Source: Sphyrna mokarran (taxonomy: Eukaryota). From it: a DNA stretch of 64,000 nt. The first letter of the stretch is position 1, and each line of letters starts with the position of its first letter. Of this stretch, positions 50,363 through 62,355 are shown in pieces. Where the stretch lies: positions 35,712,001 to 35,776,000 of the forward strand of contig JAGIQG010000016.1 of the NCBI GenBank assembly GCA_024679065.1, given 5' to 3'. Under the pieces are notes generated by a model. The model did no database searches and had not been told where the DNA came from. It worked only from the letters and a program-made list of their open reading frames with translations. The translations under genes were made by a program, and so were the position numbers.

Positions 50363-52354
50363 GAGTCTCCCCCACTGAATCATTCATTGGTCTTTTCTCT
50401 GTTGATGTCCCTGCTGTCTACGTTCCAGAATTTCCTATTTTTATTTCTCTCCTGATATAAAGTGCGTTCATGGGACAAGTGAATAGCAACCAATTAATGT
50501 ACCAACACAATAAATATACAAGATACCACCTTTTTAAAGAAGCAGTTTTCAGAAAATGATCAAAGTCAACATAATAGTTACAATTATATTGAATCATTTA
50601 TTATGAAAAGGGACACAGCAGAAATCTCACAAAATAATCTCCAAATTCTGCTTGCTTCCTGTTGTATGTGGAAACAGAAAAATGCAGTACTTCAAAATGG
50701 ATTTCTTTCTGTAAAATATGAAATATCAGGCAAAGGTGTGGGATTTTATTCAACAGTAGCTAATCAGTTAATAGTAGCTGCTAAATACCCCATCAACAGC
50801 AAGCTTAAATTACCCAATTAACCTTCAAAGCTCCAGTAGCTGAGTACCTGAGGGTTACACTATGAAAGTGGTTAAAATTCTCTCAGTCATTACTCTGCCC
50901 CTTTGGGAGCCAGATTTTAGAATCAGGAGTTGCAAGATTTGTCTCTGTTTCGAAAGATCAAAGATAAGCTGACAGACTCAAGTTATCAATTTGCAATGAA
51001 ATGTCCCTACAGTGAAATGTCTCTGGATTTAGCACTTCATCCGACAGCATCGACTCCGTGAGCCTTGTGACTGGGGGTGGAGAGATTGTTCTAAGTAACT
51101 GGAGGTCAAAAATTGACAATGAGTTGGATTATCAGTAACAAAAATCCAGAGAACCCTGCCATTTGTTGGACCTTGTGATGTATACACATTTCACTGTGTA
51201 CATCCATCTCTGCCAATCCTCACCTTAACTGCTGACCAGATTTCACTCTGGGCAAATGGTATCAACATGCCCCCTGAAATAAATCAGTTCCCACAAGTTT
51301 GAAATGGTGAAAATTTATTAATCACGATCACAATTAACTCTAATCCTGTTTAGTGTACGCCTGGAGTCTTGTGTCACTGAAGACATTACCAGGTAAAGTC
51401 TGAGAAGAGAAAGAATTTCTACTAGCAGTGCACAGAAGTAAAGTTCTCTTGTAACTGGCCTAATCTCTATTAGAATTATGAAAAAGGAATATTATTCAAC
51501 TAATGCAAACTCCATTTGAATCTTCAGCCCCTTTATGGTAGTTAAGTAGCCTGAGGATATTTGAAAAATCTCTGCAGGATGTTATCACTAGGTTTTAAAA
51601 ACAATACAACGCTAACTCCATTTAAATTATAACAGCCACCATATGCATGCACCTAAGGATTAAAAAATATGGAAGTTACTTGCACGTAAGCATTTTTTTT
51701 ATAGTGCTGTGTTTCAGATTAAATAGAATGCAAACTTGTTGTAATTTACAGTGTAGAATTAATTTACAATGTGTTTAAACTCAAGTAATGGAAATCAGTA
51801 TTTTTACAGAGAGAAATGGTTAAACAGATGATTTAGTATTTTAGAAATTATACATGTGAAATCAGCACAATCTATTCTGTTTAAAAATCTGTGTGGCACT
51901 GTGTGTCAATTAAATGCAAAAGAAGAAATCGTTAGGTTAGCAAGAATAGATGAAAATATCAATTGACATTCTGGTTAATTTTTTTTAAATGACAGACTGG
52001 AAATCTGGGATCTTAAAGATTCTGACTGACCAACCAGTCTCTAGAATCTTCATTTTAACTGGTAATGACCAAGTTTTGGACAGCAATTTTCTACCCTTTA
52101 GGTGGAAGTCAGTTTTTTTTTAAATAGGTGTTTGTTTTTAAGTGATAAACTTCATTCCTGTAAACATAAGCAGAAAATTCCAAAAATACATATCACTCCA
52201 TTAATTTGCTTAGTTACAGTTGGAAGAAGTACTTGCAACACAAACTTCCAGCTCACTATCCATACATACATTGGCATCTTGCATAATACACATGATTTAA
52301 CCTAAAATTGGATGGATATGATCAAAAGAATCACACACATGAGCAACTATAGTT

Positions 52355-52920
52355 ACTATAGTTAAGAAAGCCGACCAACGTTTCTACTTTCTTCGGAGAC
52401 TAAGGCAATTTGACATGACGGCTATGACTCTACAGTTTTTACAGATGAACCACAGAAAGCATTCTTGCTGGTTATATCACAGTTTAGTATGGCTCTTGTT
52501 TTGCCCAAGACCGCAGGGAACTACAAAGTGCCATGAATATTGTCCAGTCAAGCAGTCTCCCATCCATTGATATTGTCTACACTTTCTGCTGCTTTGGAAA
52601 AGTGGCCAGCATAATTAAGAATCCCACACACCCCAGACATACTCTCTTCCACTTTCTTCCATTGGGAAAAAGATATAAAAGTCTGAGGTCCCATACCAAC
52701 TGACTCAAGAACAATTTTTCCCTGCTGTCATCATACTTTTGAAAGGGCCTACCTTGCACTATGTTGACCTTTCTCTACACCCTAGCTGTGACTGTAACAT
52801 TACATTCACCACTCTCTCCTTTCCTTCTCTTCGAAGGTATGCTTTTCCTCATAACGTGCAAGAAACAATACTTTTCACTGTATACTAATACATGTGACAA
52901 TAAAAGAATCAAATCAAACA
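52355..52920 (+). mobile_element. Rex1/Babar LINE 3' fragment
   Basis: VKKADQRFYFLRRLRQF...IIKNPTHPRHTLFHFLPLGKRYKSLR; tail aatcaaatcaaa. Confidence 0.85.
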
Positions 52921-55519
52921 TTTCATCTGTTGGACTTAAAATAGTAACCATTATGAGCACCAATAATTGTGTTTAACACAGTGAAAATGATATAGTTTCC
53001 CTCTGAATATGATTACGCTATTTAATTCTGTGCTCATCAAACTGAACTTTTATCTTTGACCTTGGCATTGTGCAGGTCAGTAACCATAGAATTGCCCTGC
53101 TAACGTATCAACAACTTCAGCTAAAGACATACAATCCTTTTTGATGACCTACCTAGATGAGATTTTAAGATGATCATGAATCAGATTGCTACATCCTTCT
53201 CTTTTACATATCCCTGCTGTGTCATAATGTTGAAGGTGCTGTAAGTAAATTTTAAGCCAAGAGCAAGACAGATGTACCACAGTAAAGGCAATCAGCCACA
53301 CTCTTTAAATATGGAAACCTGTCAAAAGCATTCACACTGCAGCATCTTATGCTGCTAGTTCACAGAAAGATATACTGGAATTAAAATAGCTAAAGAATTT
53401 GGTTCCTTGGAGGAACAGTTTCTTTGAGAAGATTTTTCAGCAGGAAAGTATCTCACACAAAAAAAAGGCTGAATATAATTAGATATAGCACTCTCTATGT
53501 ACAATGAAACACAAGGAAAAACAAAGGTAGTGATGCATTTTATTTTTCAATATGATATAGAAATGCTTCAATTATCAGTCATTAAATGTTTAATTTTATG
53601 GGTTAGGGTTTCACCAAGACGATAGGTCTTAGCCAAAATAATGCAGGAGCCCTTAATTCAGAAGTCCTGTCTCCACCCATCATTTCCACTGGGATGGAGG
53701 TGATGGAAGCAGAACGTATTTGACATCTGCTGTTCATGGAGGCAGTGGCACATTTAAAAATGCAGTTGGCTTCACTCAGGAGGTATTTTCATAAAACAAT
53801 ACTTGTGGGATTTACAAATTTGAGGAAAAGATCTGAACCTACCAGAGTTCTTAGGAGAGGTCTGGGATTAGATATCCCTTTGGGATTGCTATGAATAGAT
53901 ATGAACATGTGTAAAAAGTGTATAAAATCTATGGAATAGTCAAGAAATTTAAATCTCCTGCCCCTTAAATTTTGAAAAAAAACTCTGCATCTGATAAAAC
54001 GTGTGTATACTTTGCAATTTCAATGGATGTTTGTTGATATATGTCTGAGGGTTATTATGTATAATTAATAGTAGGAAATTTCCCAACTCTGCACATCCTA
54101 CCAAGGAGCAAATATTTAATCCTATTGTTTGATATTTGACCCGATATCTCTCCTGTCCTCACATCAAGGCACATTTCTTATGTAACTCCAGCTTTCTGTG
54201 AGCTGAAGTATAAATTTATACATGAAGTATTAAGTGATGTAGCACTGAGTCAAATAGAAACTCTTGCTAATGCACTTAACTCACTCACCACAATTTCCCA
54301 GTTGTAGACTCCAGGCATACACTGCAAGTAGAAAAGCAAAAAATGGTTCTCTCATGATCACCTGTGCTCAATGTGCTTAAGGAAAGTATAGGTACAACAG
54401 GAAAAAATAAGAGCAAGGAAATAAAATGCATCTATTAGATGACTGAACCACAAAGGAGGACATCTATCGTGAAGAAGCAAAGTTAGCATAATGCACATCC
54501 CCTCCACTATGAGATCCTAGGGATGAATCCAGTCCAGACAATTGGAATGAAAGTCCCACTCTGTGACAGAAGAACCAGTCATATTCATACATATCAACCC
54601 ACACAATAGATTAGGAAAACAGAGCTTGATGCATACTGCATACATGCACAAACAGAATGGCACCAATGGCCAGTTTCACTTCTTGGACCCTGAAGCCTGT
54701 CTATGTGAGCATATTTAATATCATTAATTAACTTGAGGAAAAATATCAAATTATGTTGTTTTTTCTCTCCGGAACTAACTGTTTACTCCATCCTCATGCT
54801 AGAAGTATTATTTTATCAAGGATTTTTTTTTAATTTCAACAAACATAATGCATCAATGAGCCAATTGGAAAGGAAATTGTTAGAGGAGTGTATTTACTTC
54901 TCTGATAATGTCACTTTAATATATTAAATTGAACAGCCAAAATGTCAGCAAGAATTCTTTTAATTCTAAACCATAATTTGAATAAAAATTAGAAACCATT
55001 CTTCAGACCCTGCCAGGGTAGAACCTAATAGAAGCAAGGCCAAAGATGTACTCTTTAATGTTAAAGCTACATATCAAATTCAGGATGGAAGTGACAGCTC
55101 CTTGACTTCATCTCTCAATATGATTCAGCTGATTTGAAATGAAAGTTCATGTTCGGTGTAGTTCTGTGCAAATCTCTTTGATCATGCAGCTAGCCCTTTG
55201 CAAACTTAAAAAGACTGCCCAGTGGCTTGGATTGTTGGAATTGAAAACTTACAGCTAAAGGAGACCAACCACAGTCTTGTTTCCTGCACAGTGCTGGAAT
55301 GCATCCTGTCATTTTTCATTGCTATCTCTTGCTTTGGATGGTGGGTGATTCTATGCACAACGTTTTATATTTGTTCTTAGATCTATTTTATTTATGGTAT
55401 AATAGCATTAAATACTACTGACATATACACATGAGTGACGAAAAACACTCACAAGAACTCTCAAGCCCCATCTGCTCCTTAAGAGTTTTAGTAAATAAGC
55501 GTGTACAGTCCCAGTCCAA

Positions 55520-56180
55520 TTTGGCCACCTTACCGAAGGAAGGTTATACTTGCGTTAGATGGAGTGAAAAGAGGATTCACTAGACAGATTCCTGGAAAGG
55601 CGAAAAGGAGTGCTGGTGATTGTCTTTAGAAGAGAGGTTGAGTACATTAGGACTTTATTCCTTTGAGTTCATAGTATAAGTGGGGATCTCAATGAAATAT
55701 ATACAATTCTTAAGGGCTTGACAGGCTGGATGTCGACAGGATATTTTCTCTAGGTGCAGAGTCCAGGGCTGGAATTTTACCACCTCGCCCACCCCAGAAT
55801 CAGAACGACATTCTCTGTGGGCCTCGGGTGGAATCTGATGAGCCTCGGGCAGACGTGCTTATAAAATTCTGCCGCAGGGATCTCAGACTCTGAATTAGCA
55901 TGCAGTCAGCCTTTCAAAACTGACCTGAAGATGCATTCTTCCACTCGAAATACTGTGAACCTGTTGAATCTTCTAGCCCAGAGAGCTGTGGATGATCAAT
56001 CATTGAGAATATTCAAAAGAGCATTTGATGGATTTTTGGATATTGGGAGAATCAAGGAATGTTGTGATAGCTCAAGAAGGTGGGGTTGAATTAGGAGATC
56101 AACCATGTTCTTACTGAATGGTAGAGCAGGCTTGAGGGGTTAAAATGCCCATCCTTGCTCCTATTTCTCATGCTCTTAAT
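55520..56180 (+). mobile_element. Old CR1 3' fragment interrupted by a MITE-like insert (55766-55875)
   Basis: WPPYRRKVILALDGVKRGFTR, EERLSTLGLYSFE, GDLNEIYTILKGLDRLD; insert ends gggctggaattttac/ataaaattctgcc. Confidence 0.8.
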
Positions 56181-56429
56181 TTGTTTCCTTTACCAGACTG
56201 ATTCCCTCACTTTAATCACAAAAATGAGAAGTTGATAAAGTAGAGGTCTTGAAGCAGGAGAGGTGAGCCAAAGATCATGATGATAAACTGAAGAAGCCCA
56301 GTACAGAACTGAATTTAAGGAACAACTTCAAGTGACACACATTTTGCACTATGAAATAGAGTATCACCTCATTTATCTAGTACTTATTCAGTTGAAAAGG
56401 AGAAAAGGGAATAGCTTTATTTTCTGATT

Positions 56430-56650
56430 CAGAATCATAAAATCTACAGTGTAGAAGGAGGCCATTTTGCCCTTCTGACAACAATCCCATCCAGTCTTAT
56501 GTCCACAACCCCATGCATTTACCCTCCTAGTTCCCCCAACACTAAGGAGTAATTTATCATAACCAATCAAACTAACCCACTCATTTTTGGAGTGTGGGAG
56601 GAAACCAAAGCACCCCAAGGAAACCCACTGTCGTGGGGAGAACACGCAAA
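56430..56650 (-). mobile_element. Partial V-SINE
   Basis: Reverse-complement tail and V-domain gtgtgggaggaaaccaaagcaccc. Confidence 0.8.
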
Positions 56651-57251
56651 CAAAAAAGAGGCTGGGGGAATAGCACTTTGGACTTAGAAAGATATGAAGA
56701 ATGATCTGGTGAACCAAGCTGGAATGGGTTTAGTGGCTTTTCTTATTCAAGCTGTTTTGTAGCCTTATGATGTCTCAGAGAGATGTTACTGGCAACACTG
56801 TTGATGCACAATCCTTTCTCATATTGCTCTTAGACCAGCTCCCCTGTGTAGCAGAAGCCTCATCTACATAACAACAACTACTGCATTCCAAAAAGTAATT
56901 AGTTGTGTGAAGCGATTTGAGATGTTTAACATGATGAGTTGCCATATAATTACAAGTATTATTATTGCTGTGGAAATTGACAAGAGCCGCTATTGGAAGA
57001 ATAAATTCATCCTCAGTATGACAACTGTGAATTATATGCAGGAGAAAGACAGACAGTTTATCCATCACAGTTCAGTCAAGTTCACATCCTATAATCCAAG
57101 AGTGCACAAATAGAGGCCTCGAGCAATTCTGTACTTCTCTGTCAGTACAACTATGTGGTTTGACATGCAATAGGCTAGGCCATTTGGTTTGCCTTTTCAG
57201 AAAAAAATCCAGAACAATTAAAGGAATAGAATCTCAAAGCACTGGGGGAAG

Positions 57252-57602
57252 TGATCACCTAATGATATCATCGCTAGACTATTAATCCAAAAACACGGCT
57301 AATGTTCTGGGGACCAGGGTTCAAATCCCACCACGGCTGTTGGTGGAATTTGAATTCAATAATAAATGTCTGGAATTAGGAATCTACTGATGACCATGAA
57401 ACCACTGTTGGTTGTTGGAAAACCCATCTGGTTCACTAATGACCTTTAAGGGAAGGAAATCTCATATCCTTACCTGTTCTGGCCAACATGTAACTCCAAA
57501 GCCACATCAGTGTGATTGACTCTTAACTGCCTTCGGGCAAAGAGGAATGGGCAATAAATGCTAGCCAGCTAGCGATGCCCATGCTCCACGAATGAATAAA
57601 AG
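57252..57602 (+). mobile_element. tRNA-headed SINE, second family
   Basis: B-box gggttcaaatccc, conserved body, tail gggcaataaatgctagcc...gaatgaataa. Confidence 0.88.
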
Positions 57603-57622
57603 AAACTGCAATCCTTTCAAAT

Positions 57623-58144
57623 AAGAGCAGTACTTAACCTACTTGAACAGCATATATCAGTGCCCCTCATCATAGATCTCCACTGAGGTCAGTTTGGGAT
57701 TTGTTGAATATTTCTAAGGTGAGGAATAAGAGAAGATTGCACACTGATTTTCTTTCAGCACTTTATTAGTTTTTCTAGGAGTTGTTTGTCAGTGATTGTT
57801 AGTTTTCTAGGTTGGCTTTGAGGGATAGTAAGTAAAATCTGCCTTGTATCATCTCCACAATCCTTATCTCTGTACTCATAATTCAACTTGGAGAGACTGG
57901 ATTTTAGAATACTCATTTCCAGAATGTTATCTTTACCAAGGAGAAATCCCCTTGCTAAACCTCCTGTAGAAAAAGATTTTAAAAAAAGCAAAAATAAAGA
58001 ACAATTGCAAAATTCGGGTTTGGCAGATCCAAAGAGCAGTATTTAACCCACTTGAACACCATCTATCAATTCCCCTCATCATAGATCCTCATTGAGGCTT
58101 GTTATGCAATTGGTGAATGATTCCAAGGTGAGGGATAAGATAAG
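57623..58144. repeat. Local direct repeat, ~113 bp x2 (57623-57735 and 58032-58144)
   Basis: Ungapped alignment by eye, about 22 mismatches in 113 bp (~80% identity). Confidence 0.85.
57755..57963 (-). CDS. Candidate terminal coding exon of unknown identity
   Basis: Strong pyrimidine tract plus ctacag acceptor, then an open frame GLARGFLLGKDNILEM...KQLLEKLIKC* to TGA; no homology recognised. Confidence 0.15.
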
Positions 58145-58602
58145 GTGAGGGTAAGAATCTCACATTGGACCTTATTGTACCTGTTTTAGCGATATAAACT
58201 GAGCGCAGCAAGACCAATTTCAGGGACCATTGTCCTAACCGTAACAAATACTTGACCTGTAACTAACTTGATGCATTTTTCAAACATCTGCTTAAAGAGC
58301 ATTAAGCATCATGCACATGCTAATGAGGCATCTAATGTCTGTAATTAGAGCCTAGTTGGGCTGCTCTGAGCAGCACATGCATTGAGCCAACTCTTCAGGA
58401 TTGCTGGCTGTGGCCAAGCCAGCTGTTGCTTTTAAAATGATGTGGTAAGTTCTTTTCTATAAACTGAAGAAGAGCCAAGAGAAGCAGGAATTTACCAGAG
58501 GTTAGCTGTTGCTATTGTAAACAGCCTGAATTTCACTTCTTCAGTTGGGCAAGCGGGCTTACAACCATGTGATGCATGAATCCCTGATATGAGTTATCAT
58601 TG

Positions 58603-58809
58603 TAAGAAGTCTGACAACACCAGGTTTAAATCCAACCAATTTATTTGACAGTAAACTTACAAGCTTTCAACCCTATTGGTCTTCGCCAGGTGACCCAGTA
58701 GAGTCGACAGCTTGTAAGTTTACTATCAAATAAATCGGTTGGATTTAAACCTGGTGTTGTCAGACTTCTTATTGTGTTTACCCCAGTCCAACGCCGGCAT
58801 CTCTACATC
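58603..58809. mobile_element. Palindromic Penelope-like insert with 15-bp flanking duplication
   Basis: ~63-bp inverted arms (58603-58665 and 58709-58771, 2 mismatches); atgagttatcattgt at 58589-58603 and 58810-58824. Confidence 0.8.
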
Positions 58810-58824
58810 ATGAGTTATCATTGT

Positions 58825-59790
58825 CACATGTATCAGCAGACAGAGAATAGTATTGTTTCTCACGCACTATACAGACAAAGCATACCATGCATTCAGAAGG
58901 AAAGGAAAAAGTGTAAAATGTAATGTTACAGTCCTAGCTAAGGTGTAGAGAAAGATCAACTTAATACAGAGTAAGTCCATTCAAAAGTTGTACGGCAGTA
59001 GAGAAGTAACTGTTCTTCAGTCAGTTGGTACATATCCTCTGACTTTTATATCTTTATCGCAATAGAAGAAGGCGGAAGAGAGTATGTCTGAGGTGCATGG
59101 GACCCTTGATTATGCTGGCTGCTTTTCTGAGGCAGCAGGAAGTGTAGACAGTGTTAATGGATGGGAAGTTTGTGTGATGGACTGGGCTTCGTTCATGATC
59201 CTTTGTAGTTTCTTGCAGTCTTGGACAGACAGGAGCCATACCAAGCTGAAAGAATGCTTTCTATGGTGCATCTGTAAACGTTGATGAGAGTCATAGCAGA
59301 CATGTCAAATTTCCTCAGACTTCTGAGAAAGTAGAAACATTGGTAAACTTTCTTAACTATAATATCAGTGTGAGGGGACCAGGACAGGTTATGGTGATCT
59401 GGATGCCTGGAAACTTGAAGCTCTTCCATTTCATCCCCATTGATGTAGGGAGGAGCATGTTCTCCACTGCACTTTCTGAAGTCGATGACAATCTCCTTCA
59501 TTCTGTTGACATTGAGGGAGACATTATTGTTGCTGTACCAGTTCACCAGGTTCTCTATCTCTTTCTTATACTCCGTCTCATCATCCTTTGAGATCTGACC
59601 CACTACATGGTATCAACAGCAAACCTGAAATCGACTAGGAGGGGAATTTGGCCACACAGTCATAGGTGTATAAAGTGTGTAGTAAGGTGCTCAGGACACA
59701 TACTCTCTTCCGCCTTCTTCTATTGTGGGGCACTGGTATTAGGGATGATTGTGGAGGAGGTATTGTTGCCTCTTCTTACTGTTTTCAGTC
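58825..59790 (-). mobile_element. Rex1/Babar LINE 3' fragment
   Basis: ORFs 59193-59603 and 59054-59239: LNVNRMKEIVIDFRK, YFLRSLRKFDMS, YRCTIESILSAWYG, KAASIIKGPMH. Confidence 0.88.
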
Positions 59791-61630
59791 CAGGGATTGA
59801 AATCATTGATACTTGAATGCTGGACAGAAGAAAGCCAGATCCAACTTACATGCATGATTCAATTCAAAAAGTAGAGGCTGCCTTCAAACAATGATCTCCG
59901 GTCAGTCCACAACCAGTCTGCCACTCATTGCCTAATCTATATGGGGATGGGGGAAAACAGAAGGCTGAGACCATGGCAGTAGAAAAACAGGAGGGGAACA
60001 TTTTACTTAATTTGACTATATTAAAATGAAATTCTCACCTGATTTGGGAAATCATGCATGAAGCAAGAGTGCAGAGATTGGATAAATGCATCTGGACATT
60101 TCTTCTGGCCTTTGTTTTAATTGACCATCAACTAAGGCAATTGAGAAATGCATCCTGAAATGTCCAACTTCATCAATCATAACACTAGGCAATGGATTCC
60201 CTGGCTTCATTAATTCTCAACTTATGGCTAAAATGATCTCCAGTCAGTCCAAGAAAAATAATAAGCATAAGGTTTCTTTGAGTGAAATTGTTAGTTTGGT
60301 GCTATTACCAACCAATTCTGGATGGTTTTGTACGGTGAATTGTGATCTGGAGAAAAACTTCCTTTATAAATCCAGTTAGTATATAGTAATCTGAAAAGGG
60401 AAGACATTCACCCCATCAGTCTGAGCTGACCTCAAGCTCTGTACTATACTTGTTTCAGTCATTTACAATATCCTGTAAGGAAAGACTTTTCTTGGTCACT
60501 GCTGGAATGAAGTCAAACTTCAGTCTCCGAAGGTAAAGGATTGAGTTTCAAAGGTTATCACTTCCGCATAGAGCAATTCTTCCAGCAGCATAGTAGCTCA
60601 GAATCCCATAATGAATCATTATTATTAAATGTCTGTGCTTCCTAACTGCACTATACAGTGCCATAAAAAGCACTGCAGTGCTGTAAGTTCCTCAAATATT
60701 AAATAGATCAAAGGTTGTCAGATGGTAGTATTTTTCACTTAGCTCCTTGTCCATTAATGGCACAGAGCAGCGCAAATCTCATTCTCAGCCTGTAAGCATT
60801 TTAAAAGGATGGGCAATTGCAAGCAATGGTGATTATTACTCAATTTATAGTCTTTGTGGTCTCACTGCATATTTCTGATCACAGATAAAAATAATCTACA
60901 TTTCGAAACTGCCTAATGTATGTTTTTTTTCCCCAAGCAAATGTCTCATGTTTTTGGATTTTTAGAAAGTCCTTTCGTGTTAGCATTTTAATAGCAATTC
61001 CCATGAACTGACCTATACTCCAGCAATTGTACCTTTGCTAAATCTTCTTATTACAGTATCATATACCAAAGTAATTAATAATAATCTCACTCCAATAATT
61101 TACTTATTGGATTTAGCACAATTATTAAACACTTTTTGAAATGATAGATGTAACCACACAGACCAGAGGTTTTTAAATTAAAGCTGTCAAAGTCATTCTC
61201 ACAAAATTATTTGGAATACAAAATGCCAAATTGGCATCTACTAAAAATATAATATACATTCAAAGCTATGGCAGGTTAAATTGACATGCAGCCTGTAATA
61301 GGCTGTGCCAGAATTTATTGACATAATTGTTCATTTCAAACCATTTAAAAACAACAGTGAGACAAGGAAATGAGTCTCCAGAAAGAGTTTGAACTATCAT
61401 TTTATGAACTTGAGCAGAAAGATAACAGATGTGGTAAAAACAAAATCTATGCATTTGTTTTATGCTGTTTTGTATTGCTGGAATAGATCAATTTTGTCCA
61501 TTCATTCAAATCAGAACATCTAGACTAGATAACTTTCACTTGTTTAGAATTTGTTTGACTTGTAATGTCGTAACAATGTTAGAAGCATGGGTTTCAACAG
61601 AAAGAAAAAAACGTGATTTGCACACATATA

Positions 61631-61767
61631 GGTCAGAAATTTCCCATCTCACCCACTGCGGGAATCATAGCAGGCAAGACCAAAAATTCAGTGGACCATG
61701 TAAAGATATATTGAGGTCAAGTGGGAATTTCCTGTCCTACAGCGCGCCTGGCTGGAAAATCCTGGCC
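61631..61767. mobile_element. MITE inserted in the 3' LTR, with 3-bp ATA duplication
   Basis: TIRs ggtcagaaatttccc / ggaaaatcctggcc; ata on both sides; absent from the sister LTR. Confidence 0.75.
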
Positions 61768-62212
61768 ATAAATTCAAACCAATACACAACAGATTTTATT
61801 GAAAGAGATAATGCCTGCCCTGCAGAAAACAAAACTGAAATGACATCACCATTAAATCATGTGAGCAACTCTCAAAGCAATCCACAACCCTTTTAAATAA
61901 ATAATATCCCTCTTCCTTTACTTCAGTAGTTATGTAACAGGTTACTATAATGATATACAGGGTCAATAATACTCAAGACACAGTACTCTGCATCATTAAT
62001 CATTATATACAGTCTATAAGAAAATCAATCAGGAGTATATCTATTCCTCTATGCTGTGTACAATGTTCTGGAATTTGGCTGTCCTTGACACTGGAAGAAT
62101 GATTTGCAACTTCAATTGGCAATTCATCTCTTAGAACTAATTCTACATCATTACCATGTGTTATATATGACACAATTATCAGGCAACACAAATTCAACCA
62201 ACATAAAAGTAA

Positions 62213-62355
62213 CTTACTGCGGATGCTAGAATCTAAAATAAAAACAGGAAATTCTGGAAAATTTCAGCAGGTCTGACGGCATCTCTAGATAGAGAGAACA
62301 GAGTTAATATTTTGAGTCTCAGTGATCTTTTGTCGGGGCTATTTTTGTTTCAGAT
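62213..62355 (-). mobile_element. Penelope-like 3' tail stub
   Basis: Reverse complement of the tail seen at 7854-7950 and 17240-17370. Confidence 0.6.

Noticed and set aside
62003-62197. ORF with a signal-peptide-like start (MNLCCLIIV...)
   Set aside because: Lies inside the LTR element and overlaps the integrase-tail remnant; non-ATG start
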